DNA of 64,000 nt from the NCBI GenBank assembly GCA_965197475.1, contig CBDANF010000003.1:1632001-1696000 (forward strand). The letters run 5' to 3'. Made by a program: the position numbers and the translations under genes. The notes beneath the pieces were generated by a model. It was given only the letters and a program-made list of their open reading frames with translations. It was not told the origin of the DNA and did not search any database. Shown one piece after another: positions 10,498 to 20,095 of the stretch. Positions within the stretch are counted from its first letter, which is position 1. Each line of letters opens with the position of its first letter. This stretch comes from Candidatus Poribacteria bacterium. GTDB lineage: Bacteria; Poribacteria; WGA-4E; WGA-3G.

Positions 10498-10548
10498 CGT
10501 TTTCTTCCTCCGTTAGTATTTTTCCATAAAAGGAAGGTTTTCAAAACA

Positions 10549-11706
10549 TTAGAACGCCATATTACATTGATGATACTTTCCTAAAAGTAATTTGAAATAT
10601 ATATCAAGTTTGGGTTCCACCTGCTCCTTCTCTATCGGATCTATCTGAAAGTGTTTTTCCAAAAAAGGATGGTGTCTAATAGTATCACTGATGAAACAGT
10701 GTTTATATTGCTTGAAAAGCTTATCATCAATAGGAACATCGCAGTTCCCAAAGTAGAAGGGTAGCCTATGGAGGTTTCTTTTGAACACATCAACATAAGC
10801 ATAATAATCCAGCTTTTTTTTGTCAAGGACAATCGTGTTATTGCTATAGTTTTGGACAAAAGTCCGATTCCTTTTTAATGCGTTAATATCTCTCATTGTC
10901 CAGAAAAACAGCGAATCATCAGATAACGGTTGATGCTTTTTGCTGGGATATTTGCGTATATAACTTGTGATATAATCAAAATCACTAAGGCAGAAACGAG
11001 TCCCGTCTACTATTCTAAATGGGAAGGAACGGATATAATCGTATTCCATTCCCTTGTTATCACGTTGATAAAATCCAATAATAATTGGAAAAGGTGTATG
11101 TTTAGCCGATTCCGGAAATTCCCCACTACTAATAAGTATGCCATCTATCAATTTATAATTTGCAGTAAAATCCTTTAATTGTCTGAAATTAGTTTGTTTA
11201 ATTAAGTAGGATAATGGATGCAAAATACAGATAAAGTCCGCTTCAAGTTTATTATAGGAACGGAGAAATGATATGCCCAAATCACGACTTGCTATATCTT
11301 CATCAACGTCAAAATCAACATGTTTAATCTTTTTACGAATAAGCGAAGTTTTATCATTATAGGGTGGGTTTCCTACAACTATCAGTCTTGTGGACTGCTG
11401 AGGAATACCAAATTTTTCCCTTGAAACGTTGCATAAAGAGTTTGTCCGAAAGAACCGGACTTTATCCGTGTTCTTTCTTGCTGTATCTATTGCATCTTCG
11501 TCTATATCACACCCGATTGTAAGAGACTGCCCATAATTTTTTAGAAAATCTCCGTATCCACATGCGCTGTCAATTATGGTAGTCTGTGAATCTATGTATG
11601 ATTCAATTAATCCCCATGCTAACTCCACAATTTTAGGTGGCGTATAATAACTCCCCAAGTTGACCCTATCTTTATATTCTAAATGTTCTTGACTCATTTT
11701 CAGCAA
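10549..11706 (-). CDS. Orphan N6-adenine DNA methyltransferase (gamma class, M.HpyAXII/M.PabI-like)
   Basis: GSYYTP (motif X), IIDSACGYGDF (motif I), VGNPPY (motif IV); AT-richer than flanking nuo genes. Confidence 0.8.
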   Translation of the reverse strand: MLKMSQEHLEYKDRVNLGSYYTPPKIVELAWGLIESYIDSQTTIIDSACGYGDFLKNYGQSLTIGCDIDEDAIDTARKNTDKVRFFRTNSLCNVSREKFGIPQQSTRLIVVGNPPYNDKTSLIRKKIKHVDFDVDEDIASRDLGISFLRSYNKLEADFICILHPLSYLIKQTNFRQLKDFTANYKLIDGILISSGEFPESAKHTPFPIIIGFYQRDNKGMEYDYIRSFPFRIVDGTRFCLSDFDYITSYIRKYPSKKHQPLSDDSLFFWTMRDINALKRNRTFVQNYSNNTIVLDKKKLDYYAYVDVFKRNLHRLPFYFGNCDVPIDDKLFKQYKHCFISDTIRHHPFLEKHFQIDPIEKEQVEPKLDIYFKLLLGKYHQCNMAF

Positions 11707-11716
11707 TTAAATCCTT

Positions 11717-11748
11717 TAGGACTTACACACAAATTGCGTAAGTTCTAA
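11717..11748. repeat. Minimal MITE remnant (AGGACTTACGCA terminus family)
   Basis: taggacttacaca...tgcgtaagttcta inverted pair; same termini as the elements at 30886-31838. Confidence 0.55.
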
Positions 11749-11755
11749 CAATCAC

Positions 11756-13666
11756 CTAAGCAAAAAACAGATAGTATGCAAGGAATAACACGATTCCCAC
11801 AACCATTGACACAATATATGCTTGGACAAGTCCTGTTTGTAGCCGTCGTAAGATGCCTCCAATTAATCGGATAAGTGAAGCCACACCATTGACAATTCCG
11901 TCAATAACCCCAGTATCAAAAAGTTTCCACAACAGAAAGTGAGAAGCGTTTTTGATCGGCTGAACGATAAAAGTATTGTATATCTCATCAACATAGAACT
12001 TGTTCGCAACAAGTTTCTGTAATGCGTTAGTAGGTTCCGCAGAAGGAACTCGATCTTTATAGCGCGCCCATGCAAACGCAATACCTGCCAAACCGACGAT
12101 TGTTGAGATTCCCATAAACAGCCATACGTTCCCGCCGGCTTCCTCGTGTGTATCAACCACGTGTGCTGCTGCAGAAAAAACGTTTTCTGTGAAGTGGTGG
12201 AACCAACTCTCATGTCCGCCCCATCCTAACAGTAAACCGATAAGTGCAGAAGGAATAGCGAGTATAGCCAACGGAATCCACATCACTGCTGGTGATTCAT
12301 GTAGATGTGATTCAACATCTGATTCTACGCGCGATTTACCGTAAAAAGTTACGAAAATGAGGCGGAACATATAGAACGCTGTCAGGAATGCTGTGACTAA
12401 TCCGATGATGTAAATTATTTTTGAACTTCCCCACGCACTGTGCAGAATTTCGTCCTTGCTCCAGAACCCGCTTAGGAATGGGGCACCTGCAATTGCCAAC
12501 GCACCGACCAAGAATGTGGCATGGGTAATCGGCAGTTTTTTTCGCAAACCGCCCATTTTTCGTATGTCTAATTCATTTGCCATTGCGTGCATCACACTAC
12601 CAGCGGTAAGGAACATTAGTCCTTTAAAGAACGCATGTGTTACTAAGTGAAAAATACCGGAAGCATACGCTCCGACACCGACACCGACAAACATATAACC
12701 GAGTTGACTAACGGTGGAATATGCGAGAATTCGTTTGATATCGTTCTGTTTGAGGGCGATTATTGCGGCGAACAAAGCGGTTAACACCCCTATCCACGCG
12801 ACAACCTGTCCAGTATGTGCGATCTCATATAGCAAAGCGGAGCGTGCGATCATATAGACACCCGCGGTAACCATTGTAGCGGCGTGTATTAACGCACTGA
12901 CAGGGGTAGGACCTTCCATTGCATCCGGGAGCCATACATAAAGCGGAATCTGTGCCGATTTACCGATTGCTCCAACGAAGAGGAGTAAGGTCGCCAGCAT
13001 AATTCCGTTTACTCCGAAAACTTCCACAGCACTTTTTGCCTCTGCGTCCGAGAATATTGTCGTGAAATCGAGGGTGTTGAACACAAAGAACAACGTGAAC
13101 ATTCCAAGTAGGAAGCCGAAATCACCAATTCTGTTGACAATAAACGCCTTTTTACCGGCATCGGTAGCAGACTGCTTCTCATACCAGAAGCCTATCAACA
13201 GATAGGAGCAGAGTCCAACGCCTTCCCATCCAACAAACATCATCAAGTAGTTGTTGCCGAGAACGAGGATTAACATTGCGAAAACAAACAGATTTAGATA
13301 CGCAAAATAGCGGGTATACCCTTCATCGCCGTGCATGTATCCGATTGAATATACATGGATGAGAAATCCAACACCTGTGATAACCAACAACATCACAGTC
13401 GTCAAAGCATCAACATGAAATCCGATGTTGAAATTGAACACTGTGCCTGAAATCCATTTATAGAGGATCTCATCCTCAAGCGTATTTCCACCCTGAACAC
13501 TAACAAAGGCGATAATTGAACAGATTAAGGAGACAAGCACCGCAAGCGAACTGATCGCGCCGCTCAGTTTCTCCTTACCTTTTAACCATTTGCCAAACAA
13601 CCCGTTAATCAAAAACCCAACCAGTGGTGCAATTAACAGGACAATAATCAGATGTTTAAGTGTCAT
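11756..13666 (-). CDS. nuoL: NADH-quinone oxidoreductase subunit L
   Basis: GWEGVGLCSYLLIGFW and GKSAQIPLYVWLPDAMEGPTPVSALIHAATMV motifs. Confidence 0.97.
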   Translation of the reverse strand: MTLKHLIIVLLIAPLVGFLINGLFGKWLKGKEKLSGAISSLAVLVSLICSIIAFVSVQGGNTLEDEILYKWISGTVFNFNIGFHVDALTTVMLLVITGVGFLIHVYSIGYMHGDEGYTRYFAYLNLFVFAMLILVLGNNYLMMFVGWEGVGLCSYLLIGFWYEKQSATDAGKKAFIVNRIGDFGFLLGMFTLFFVFNTLDFTTIFSDAEAKSAVEVFGVNGIMLATLLLFVGAIGKSAQIPLYVWLPDAMEGPTPVSALIHAATMVTAGVYMIARSALLYEIAHTGQVVAWIGVLTALFAAIIALKQNDIKRILAYSTVSQLGYMFVGVGVGAYASGIFHLVTHAFFKGLMFLTAGSVMHAMANELDIRKMGGLRKKLPITHATFLVGALAIAGAPFLSGFWSKDEILHSAWGSSKIIYIIGLVTAFLTAFYMFRLIFVTFYGKSRVESDVESHLHESPAVMWIPLAILAIPSALIGLLLGWGGHESWFHHFTENVFSAAAHVVDTHEEAGGNVWLFMGISTIVGLAGIAFAWARYKDRVPSAEPTNALQKLVANKFYVDEIYNTFIVQPIKNASHFLLWKLFDTGVIDGIVNGVASLIRLIGGILRRLQTGLVQAYIVSMVVGIVLFLAYYLFFA

Positions 13667-13669
13667 TTT

Positions 13670-13975
13670 TTACCCTTTCAGCGAATTAACCTCATCCACA
13701 TTAACCGTTTCCCGATGTTTAAAAACACTTACAATAATTGCTAATCCAATTGCGACTTCGGCAGCAGCAACAGCCATGACAAAAAAGACAAACAACTGTC
13801 CCTCAACTTGACCGAGGCTACGACTAATTGCTACAAAGGCGAGATTCGCTGCATTCAGCATTAGTTCAATACACATAAAGATGATAATCGCGTTTCTGCG
13901 GATGAGGACACCGATTACGCCTGTTGTAAACAGAAGTGCACTTAAAACGAGATAATATTCTAAATCTAATGGCAT
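13670..13975 (-). CDS. nuoK: NADH-quinone oxidoreductase subunit K
   Basis: [19 protein letters not shown] and [12 protein letters not shown] motifs. Confidence 0.97.
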   Translation of the reverse strand: MPLDLEYYLVLSALLFTTGVIGVLIRRNAIIIFMCIELMLNAANLAFVAISRSLGQVEGQLFVFFVMAVAAAEVAIGLAIIVSVFKHRETVNVDEVNSLKG

Positions 13976-14014
13976 ATAAAATCCTTTTATCTAAATATAT
14001 TGTAGGTGCCCTTG

Positions 14015-14557
14015 TTAGTTTTCGGCTTGGTTTTCACGTTTTACCAACACGATGACACCTATCAATGCTGCCAACAAAATAAGTGAGGTAACTTCAAACG
14101 GTAAAAGGTAATCCGTGAACAAAAGATCACCAATTTTATAAGTTGTGATCGGTTCCTGTAAGAGAGCAGCTGCCTTTTCCTTCGCTTCCTCGGATGCGAC
14201 AGCAGTATTTTTTAACGCATTCACGGCTATATAAATACCTTCTGCAGCCAAAAGGATACCCAAGACTATCGCAATACCTTTCAGTTTTCCTGTCATAACC
14301 CCTTTCGCAGAAAGTGTGCCGAGGTTCAGTAGCATAATCACAAAGAGGAACAGCACCATAATTGCCCCAGCATACACAATTACTTGAACAGCAGCAACGA
14401 AGTGTGCGCCTAAAAGCACAAACAATCCCGCTTGTGCAAAAAACGTAACGATAAGAGAAAGCGCACTATAAATCGGGTGCCGAAAGGAGATAACAGCAAT
14501 CGCACCAATTAGCGAGACTCCCCCAAACATGAAAAATAATATCATTTCTGCATTCAT
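14015..14557 (-). CDS. nuoJ: NADH-quinone oxidoreductase subunit J
   Basis: QVIVYAGAIMVLFLFVIMLL and YLLPFEVTS motifs. Confidence 0.96.
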   Translation of the reverse strand: MNAEMILFFMFGGVSLIGAIAVISFRHPIYSALSLIVTFFAQAGLFVLLGAHFVAAVQVIVYAGAIMVLFLFVIMLLNLGTLSAKGVMTGKLKGIAIVLGILLAAEGIYIAVNALKNTAVASEEAKEKAAALLQEPITTYKIGDLLFTDYLLPFEVTSLILLAALIGVIVLVKRENQAEN

Positions 14558-14567
14558 TGCACGTCTC

Positions 14568-15758
14568 CTATTCTATTGCGTCTAAGCCGCGTAGTGGTGA
14601 TGCAGCAGGAGTGGTCTGCGCTGCAGATTTACTGTTATTATCCATCGCAAGCATCCCAGCTACTATTGATACAACGATAAACGCTGCAACCACGTTGCCG
14701 ATACCTATCCAAAGACGATTACCGTTCGTTGCTATCCATAAGGTACCAGTAACAACGATTGATGTTAGCGCAACGGGCAACAGGAATTTCCAACCTAAAT
14801 TCATCAGTTGATCGTATCGGAATCGTGGAAGTGTCCAGCGAACCCAAATAAACACGAACAGGAAAATGCCCGTTTTGGCAAAGAAGATAGCAAATGAGAT
14901 AACTCCACTCCATATAGGTCCGCCCATATTTTCCAATCCAAAGAAATGCCATCCACCTAAGAAGAGCGTTACCGTCACTGCAGAACCGACAATCATGTTC
15001 ATATATTCAGCCATAAAGAATATAGCGAATTTCATACTGCTATATTCGGTATGATACCCAGCGACAAGTTCCTGTTCCGCTTCCGCAAGATCAAACGGCA
15101 ATCGGTTCGTTTCCGCGAACATAGCAGTCGTAAAGGCAAGAAATGCAGGGAAGTGTATCAGGAAGTTCCATTTCCACGGATATGGACCCTGTTCTACAGC
15201 GATTGTACGAAGACTGAGCGATGAGGAGAGCATTAGAATACCGATAATTGCCAACCCGAGTGTCAACTCGTAACTAATCATTTGTGCTGATGAACGTAAG
15301 CCACCTAAAAGCGAGTATTTATTATTTGATGCCCACGCACCTATAACAACACCGTACACACCGAGGGATGATATCGCCAAGATATACAGAATACCGATGT
15401 TTATGTCTGCAATCTGGAGATTGATAGTTTGTCCAAACAGTTCAATTGTACCTCCAAACGGTACGACTGCAATGGTAATCATAGCCGGTACCAGGAGCAT
15501 TGCGGGGGCAAGTACGTAGAGTGGCTTATCTACATGATTTGGGATGAGGTCTTCTTTAAACAGGAACTTAATCCCATCTGCGATAGGTTGGAGTAGTCCT
15601 TGCGGTCCGACGCGATTCGGTCCGAGCCGATCCTGCATCCATCCACTCACCCGGCGTTCTGACCAAATCATTGCCATCACACCGATAATTAGCAGATGGG
15701 CAATAAAAAGAATTTTGATAATTGGAATAATTATATGTTCTACTAACTCTATGTCCAT
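14568..15758 (-). CDS. nuoH: NADH-quinone oxidoreductase subunit H
   Basis: QDRLGPNRVGPQGLLQPIADG and AETNRLPFDLAEAEQELVAGYHTEYS motifs; extra C-terminal hydrophobic segment. Confidence 0.97.
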   Translation of the reverse strand: MDIELVEHIIIPIIKILFIAHLLIIGVMAMIWSERRVSGWMQDRLGPNRVGPQGLLQPIADGIKFLFKEDLIPNHVDKPLYVLAPAMLLVPAMITIAVVPFGGTIELFGQTINLQIADINIGILYILAISSLGVYGVVIGAWASNNKYSLLGGLRSSAQMISYELTLGLAIIGILMLSSSLSLRTIAVEQGPYPWKWNFLIHFPAFLAFTTAMFAETNRLPFDLAEAEQELVAGYHTEYSSMKFAIFFMAEYMNMIVGSAVTVTLFLGGWHFFGLENMGGPIWSGVISFAIFFAKTGIFLFVFIWVRWTLPRFRYDQLMNLGWKFLLPVALTSIVVTGTLWIATNGNRLWIGIGNVVAAFIVVSIVAGMLAMDNNSKSAAQTTPAASPLRGLDAIE

Positions 15759-15800
15759 AATTTCTCCTTCTTGATGACGCGCATTATTGAAGTTATAGGC

Positions 15801-17438
15801 TTAAGCCAACTTAATTCCCGCATCTCCAATATTTTGATGTGTTGCGTCACCATATCCCGCTACATTTTCTGCAATTGCGATCGCTATCTCGCCAGCGAAA
15901 TGGTAGTCAATCTCACCACCCAGCTGCTTCGCAAGTTGCTGTGTAATTTCCCAATCAACCTTGGCTTCACCTGGTGGATCAATCGCTTTGCGAATCCGTT
16001 GTACCCATCCTGTTGAATTGGTGAAGGTGCCGTCTTTTTCAGCGAAAGTTGTCCCCGGTAGCACTACATCGGCTAACTGTGTAATCTCTGATGGCAAAAT
16101 ATCTTGTACGATGAGGAAATCAACCTTTTCTAATGCATCTTTTTCGGCATCTTCAAGAAAACGTTCAGGCGCACCGCTAACAAGATATACAACCTTCACA
16201 CCTGCAACCTTTTCCCAGAGTGCATCGCCTTCTAAAACAACATTTCCATTAGCAGAACCGAGTATTGTTCGCGCACCCGCTGTGTTTGGATTCTTGTCCG
16301 CTTCAATGGTAAATTGTGGGAATTTATGTTCTTCACCGGGCAGCTGCCCAAAAAGTCCCAACGGCGTTGTTTTCAATACATCGTGTGCGAACTGCTGCAG
16401 GACGTAGTTATCTTCATTCGTGCCTTGTGCAGATCCAACAACCACAATATCTTTAGCATCAGTTTCCGATAATTTTTCAGAAATCAGAGTCAGCGCATCT
16501 GCCCATTGTGTTGTGGCGAGTTCACCGTCAACCCGTTTGAGCGGAAGTTGGAGTCGATCGTCGCTGTTGACATAGTGGTAACCGAGCCTCCCATCATCAC
16601 ACATCCAGTGTTGGTTAATATCTTCATGGTAACGGGGTTTGATGCGGTAGAGTCCATCTGTTTTATACTCAACCGTGACGTTACAACCGACACTGCATCC
16701 TGTACAGATGCTATCTGCCTTTTCCATAAACCACGGACGAGATTTGAAAAGGAAATCCTTGCTAATCAATGCACCGACAGGACAGATATCAACGACATTT
16801 CCTGCAAGTTTATTATCAAGCAGCTGGATGGGTGTTCCCTCATGGCTTCTCGGAATGTCAATTTCGTCGTGAGAACCGCGATTTATCAATCCAAGTTCAC
16901 CACTACCTGAAACTTCCTCACAGAATCGAATGCACCGCGTACAAACGATACAACGTGTTGAATAGAGCAGCACATCCGGTCCCAAATCCTTCTTCGGTGG
17001 AACGTTTTTGACTTCCAGATACCGACTCTTATCGTGTCCATGCCGATAACTAAAGTCTTGCAAATCACATTCGCCTGCCTGGTCACAGACGGGGCAATCA
17101 AGCGGGTGATGTACGAGCAGAAATTCAAGGATATCCTCTCTCGCCTTTATAACACGGGGACTATCTGTCCGAACAATAATGTCATACTTTCCATCCAGTT
17201 TTTTCTCTGGTGGAGCGGATCGGACGGTCGTTGTGCAGCCCGTTGCTAATTGTCGCTCTGGCATCTCCGAACTTCTAAGGTAAACGTCAATGAGACACAT
17301 TCTGCAATTCGCTGGACGGCTCAATCCTGGATGATAACAGTAGTGAGGCACCTCAATGCCGTGTTGCCTTGCAATCTCAACTACATTTGTTCCGTCTTCA
17401 ACCTCTACTTCAAGGTCATTCAGTTTAATAAATGCCAT
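15801..17438 (-). CDS. nuoG: NADH-quinone oxidoreductase subunit G (short form)
   Basis: Fe-S motifs CYHPGL..ANCRMC, HPLDCPVCDQAGEC, CIVCTRCIRFC and CTGCSVGC; shortened molybdopterin-type domain. Confidence 0.93.
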   Translation of the reverse strand: MAFIKLNDLEVEVEDGTNVVEIARQHGIEVPHYCYHPGLSRPANCRMCLIDVYLRSSEMPERQLATGCTTTVRSAPPEKKLDGKYDIIVRTDSPRVIKAREDILEFLLVHHPLDCPVCDQAGECDLQDFSYRHGHDKSRYLEVKNVPPKKDLGPDVLLYSTRCIVCTRCIRFCEEVSGSGELGLINRGSHDEIDIPRSHEGTPIQLLDNKLAGNVVDICPVGALISKDFLFKSRPWFMEKADSICTGCSVGCNVTVEYKTDGLYRIKPRYHEDINQHWMCDDGRLGYHYVNSDDRLQLPLKRVDGELATTQWADALTLISEKLSETDAKDIVVVGSAQGTNEDNYVLQQFAHDVLKTTPLGLFGQLPGEEHKFPQFTIEADKNPNTAGARTILGSANGNVVLEGDALWEKVAGVKVVYLVSGAPERFLEDAEKDALEKVDFLIVQDILPSEITQLADVVLPGTTFAEKDGTFTNSTGWVQRIRKAIDPPGEAKVDWEITQQLAKQLGGEIDYHFAGEIAIAIAENVAGYGDATHQNIGDAGIKLA

Positions 17439-17482
17439 AAATATTACTCCAATGTGTTCCTACCAGGGAAGTTAAGCTTACG

Positions 17483-17893
17483 TCAACTTAACATTTTTTC
17501 AAGTGACTCAATTTTCTCCCGCAAAGCCTGAATCTCCGTTGCTTGTGCTTTTATGGTATCGTCTTGTTGTGTGCGTCTGTTCTGCTGATATGCAATGAGG
17601 ACTAATGGCACACCTACAAAGGCTATAAGCGCGCCGATGAGTGTTATTATCAATGTTGCATGAAAGTCTAACCTTTTGCTTTGATCTGCGATGCGTTTCT
17701 CTAAATGCCCTTCAATTTCGGTGATACGCTTCTCCAAACGCACTTCAGTTTCGGTGATACGTTTCTCTAAACGCACCTCAGCCTCGTTAACAATCTGGCG
17801 GATCTTCTCTAAATCCTCAACACTCAGTTCCGCAGCCACGACAGTGCTCAGGCATAAAAATCCCATAATGGTAAAAAACAACGTCTTCATCAT
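17483..17893 (-). CDS. Hypothetical secreted/membrane-anchored coiled-coil protein with 11-aa repeats
   Basis: Signal peptide, repeated E(V/G)(R/H)LEKRI(T/A) units, one TM helix, C-terminal coil. Confidence 0.7.
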   Translation of the reverse strand: MMKTLFFTIMGFLCLSTVVAAELSVEDLEKIRQIVNEAEVRLEKRITETEVRLEKRITEIEGHLEKRIADQSKRLDFHATLIITLIGALIAFVGVPLVLIAYQQNRRTQQDDTIKAQATEIQALREKIESLEKMLS

Positions 17894-17929
17894 AGATGTT
17901 CCTTGGGCGATCGCCAGTTATGTCCTACA

Positions 17930-19405
17930 TCATTCTGATTCTAACTCCCGTGGAATAAACCGCTGTTGGAACGCGTAATTTTCTTCCGGTGGAACTGTCG
18001 CTTCAGCAACAGGCAGGGTGACCAATTTGCCTTCTCGGATAGCGGCTTCAAATTCAGGTCGGAACTTGCGCATATAACTGACAGCGGGCCACGAGACAGC
18101 AATGCCAAAGACACAGATAGTATTCCATGTCATTGTATCTACATTAGCGATGTTGTTCGCAACACTCTCCAGCAGATCAAGGTCTTCGTAAATCTCTTCA
18201 GTCTCACCGGTATCACCCCATCTGCCACTTTCGGTGATGCCAAACCTCGGTCGTGTGATGGTGTCTTTCCTGCCCTCTCCATCAGCAATACGTTGCACAA
18301 TGTCACGCACCCATGGGGTGCCCCATCGACACGGTGTGCACTGTCCACATGATTCATGCGCGTAGAATTTCATAATATTTAGCAAACAATCAACGATATT
18401 CCGGGTCTCATTCATCACAATGATACCCCCCGAACCTAACATCGATTTGGCAAGTCCGAGCGACGTAAAATCAAGCCGTGTATCCAATTCATAATGCGTC
18501 AAAATTGGTGCTGAACTACCGCCAGGGATAACCGCTTTGACCTCTTCACCACGCAAACCACCTGCTACTTCAATGAGTTCTGTGCATGTCAAACCGAGTT
18601 CCAATTCATAGACTCCTGGTTCGTTAACATCGCCGCTGATACAGTAAAGTTTTGTGCCTGTGTTGGGATCAGGTGCCGGCGGATCAGATCGCGTATCAGC
18701 ATACGTTGGTCCCATCTGTGTGTACCATTCAACACCATTACCGACAATGAAGGGTAAGTTGCACAAGGTTTCCACATTCTGTACGACAGTAGGTTTCATG
18801 AACACACCTTGAACAGCAGGAAAAGGTGGTTTATTACGGGGTTGTCCGCGTTTTCCCTCAAGCGATTCAATCAACCCTGTTTCTTCACCACAAATATATG
18901 CACCTGCTCCTGGGTGGGAATAGATGTCAACATTTAGTCCAGTGCCGCGGATATTTTTGCCGAGATACCCCTTCTCGTAAGCTTCCTTAAGCGCGGCATC
19001 TAACATCTTTTTTCCAAGCGTAAATTCACCACGAATGTAAATATAAGTGGTCTCAATTCCCATAGCGTAGCAACAGATAAGGATGCCTTCTATCAACAGA
19101 TGTGGATTTTTCTCCAAGACATAACGATTACTGAATGTCCCAGGTTCACTCTCGTCAGCGTTGCAACAGAGATAACGGGGTTCAATATCCTTGGGGACAA
19201 AACTCCATTTTAACCCTGTTGAAAATCCTGCACCACCTCTGCCTTTTAACCCAGAATCCTTCACCATTGTAGCGATATCTTCTGGTTGATATTCGGCAAT
19301 AGCCTTTTCAAAACGTGTGTAGCCTTCATATTGTCGAAAGACATCAAAGGTGTTTATATTCGGTACATCCAGATGCTCATAGAGAATCCGTTTTTCTTGA
19401 ACCAT
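17930..19405 (-). CDS. nuoF: NADH-quinone oxidoreductase subunit F
   Basis: SGLKGRGGAGF, NADESEPGTF, GAGAYICGEET and HESCGQCTPCR motifs. Confidence 0.97.
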   Translation of the reverse strand: MVQEKRILYEHLDVPNINTFDVFRQYEGYTRFEKAIAEYQPEDIATMVKDSGLKGRGGAGFSTGLKWSFVPKDIEPRYLCCNADESEPGTFSNRYVLEKNPHLLIEGILICCYAMGIETTYIYIRGEFTLGKKMLDAALKEAYEKGYLGKNIRGTGLNVDIYSHPGAGAYICGEETGLIESLEGKRGQPRNKPPFPAVQGVFMKPTVVQNVETLCNLPFIVGNGVEWYTQMGPTYADTRSDPPAPDPNTGTKLYCISGDVNEPGVYELELGLTCTELIEVAGGLRGEEVKAVIPGGSSAPILTHYELDTRLDFTSLGLAKSMLGSGGIIVMNETRNIVDCLLNIMKFYAHESCGQCTPCRWGTPWVRDIVQRIADGEGRKDTITRPRFGITESGRWGDTGETEEIYEDLDLLESVANNIANVDTMTWNTICVFGIAVSWPAVSYMRKFRPEFEAAIREGKLVTLPVAEATVPPEENYAFQQRFIPRELESE

Positions 19406-19477
19406 ATTTTTCCTCTACATATTGTCTCGTAATAACAAATAAAGCAATTTTTAATTTAGTATCTTCTTGGCACAAAT

Positions 19478-20002
19478 TTAGTTTGGAAGCTGCTCTAATA
19501 GTTCATCAACTTTTTCTGGTGTCAAATTTTTATGTAAATCGTCATTCACCATGATAACAGGGGCGACATCACAAGATGCAAGGCACTCTACTTTCATCAA
19601 GGTAAACTTGCCATCATCAGTTGTCCCTTTTGCGAGGTTCGTTTCCGAAGCAATGTCTGTGCCGAGTTTTGCTTTGAGATGATCCAAAACTACTTTGCAG
19701 TCTCGCAGTGCACAAGGCAGCGTATGACAGACGCGGATAACATACTTGCCAACTGGTTCCTCAAAGAACATTGGATAGAAGGTCACCACGTCTTTTACCT
19801 TCATCACAGAAAGTTCCAACAATTCTGCTACATACTTCATGACAGCAGGACTAATATAACCTGCTTGCCTTTGAGCAAGGTGAAGTGTTGGAAGCATCGC
19901 TGCTTCTTTAACAGGGTACCGACCAATCAGGTCGTCGAATTCTCTTTGATTTTCTTCGTTAAACTGAAATGGTGTTTCGATTTGTATAATTTCATCTGAC
20001 AT
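19478..20002 (-). CDS. nuoE: NADH-quinone oxidoreductase subunit E
   Basis: VVTFYPMF, CHTLPC and VECLASCDVAP 2Fe-2S motifs. Confidence 0.95.
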   Translation of the reverse strand: MSDEIIQIETPFQFNEENQREFDDLIGRYPVKEAAMLPTLHLAQRQAGYISPAVMKYVAELLELSVMKVKDVVTFYPMFFEEPVGKYVIRVCHTLPCALRDCKVVLDHLKAKLGTDIASETNLAKGTTDDGKFTLMKVECLASCDVAPVIMVNDDLHKNLTPEKVDELLEQLPN

Positions 20003-20095
20003 CTATGTTTCCTTTTATTGGCTATCAGCGGTCAGCAATCAGTGTATAGAGTAGGTTAGTTGAATAACATGAAGCCTAACCTAATTGCTTAACTA

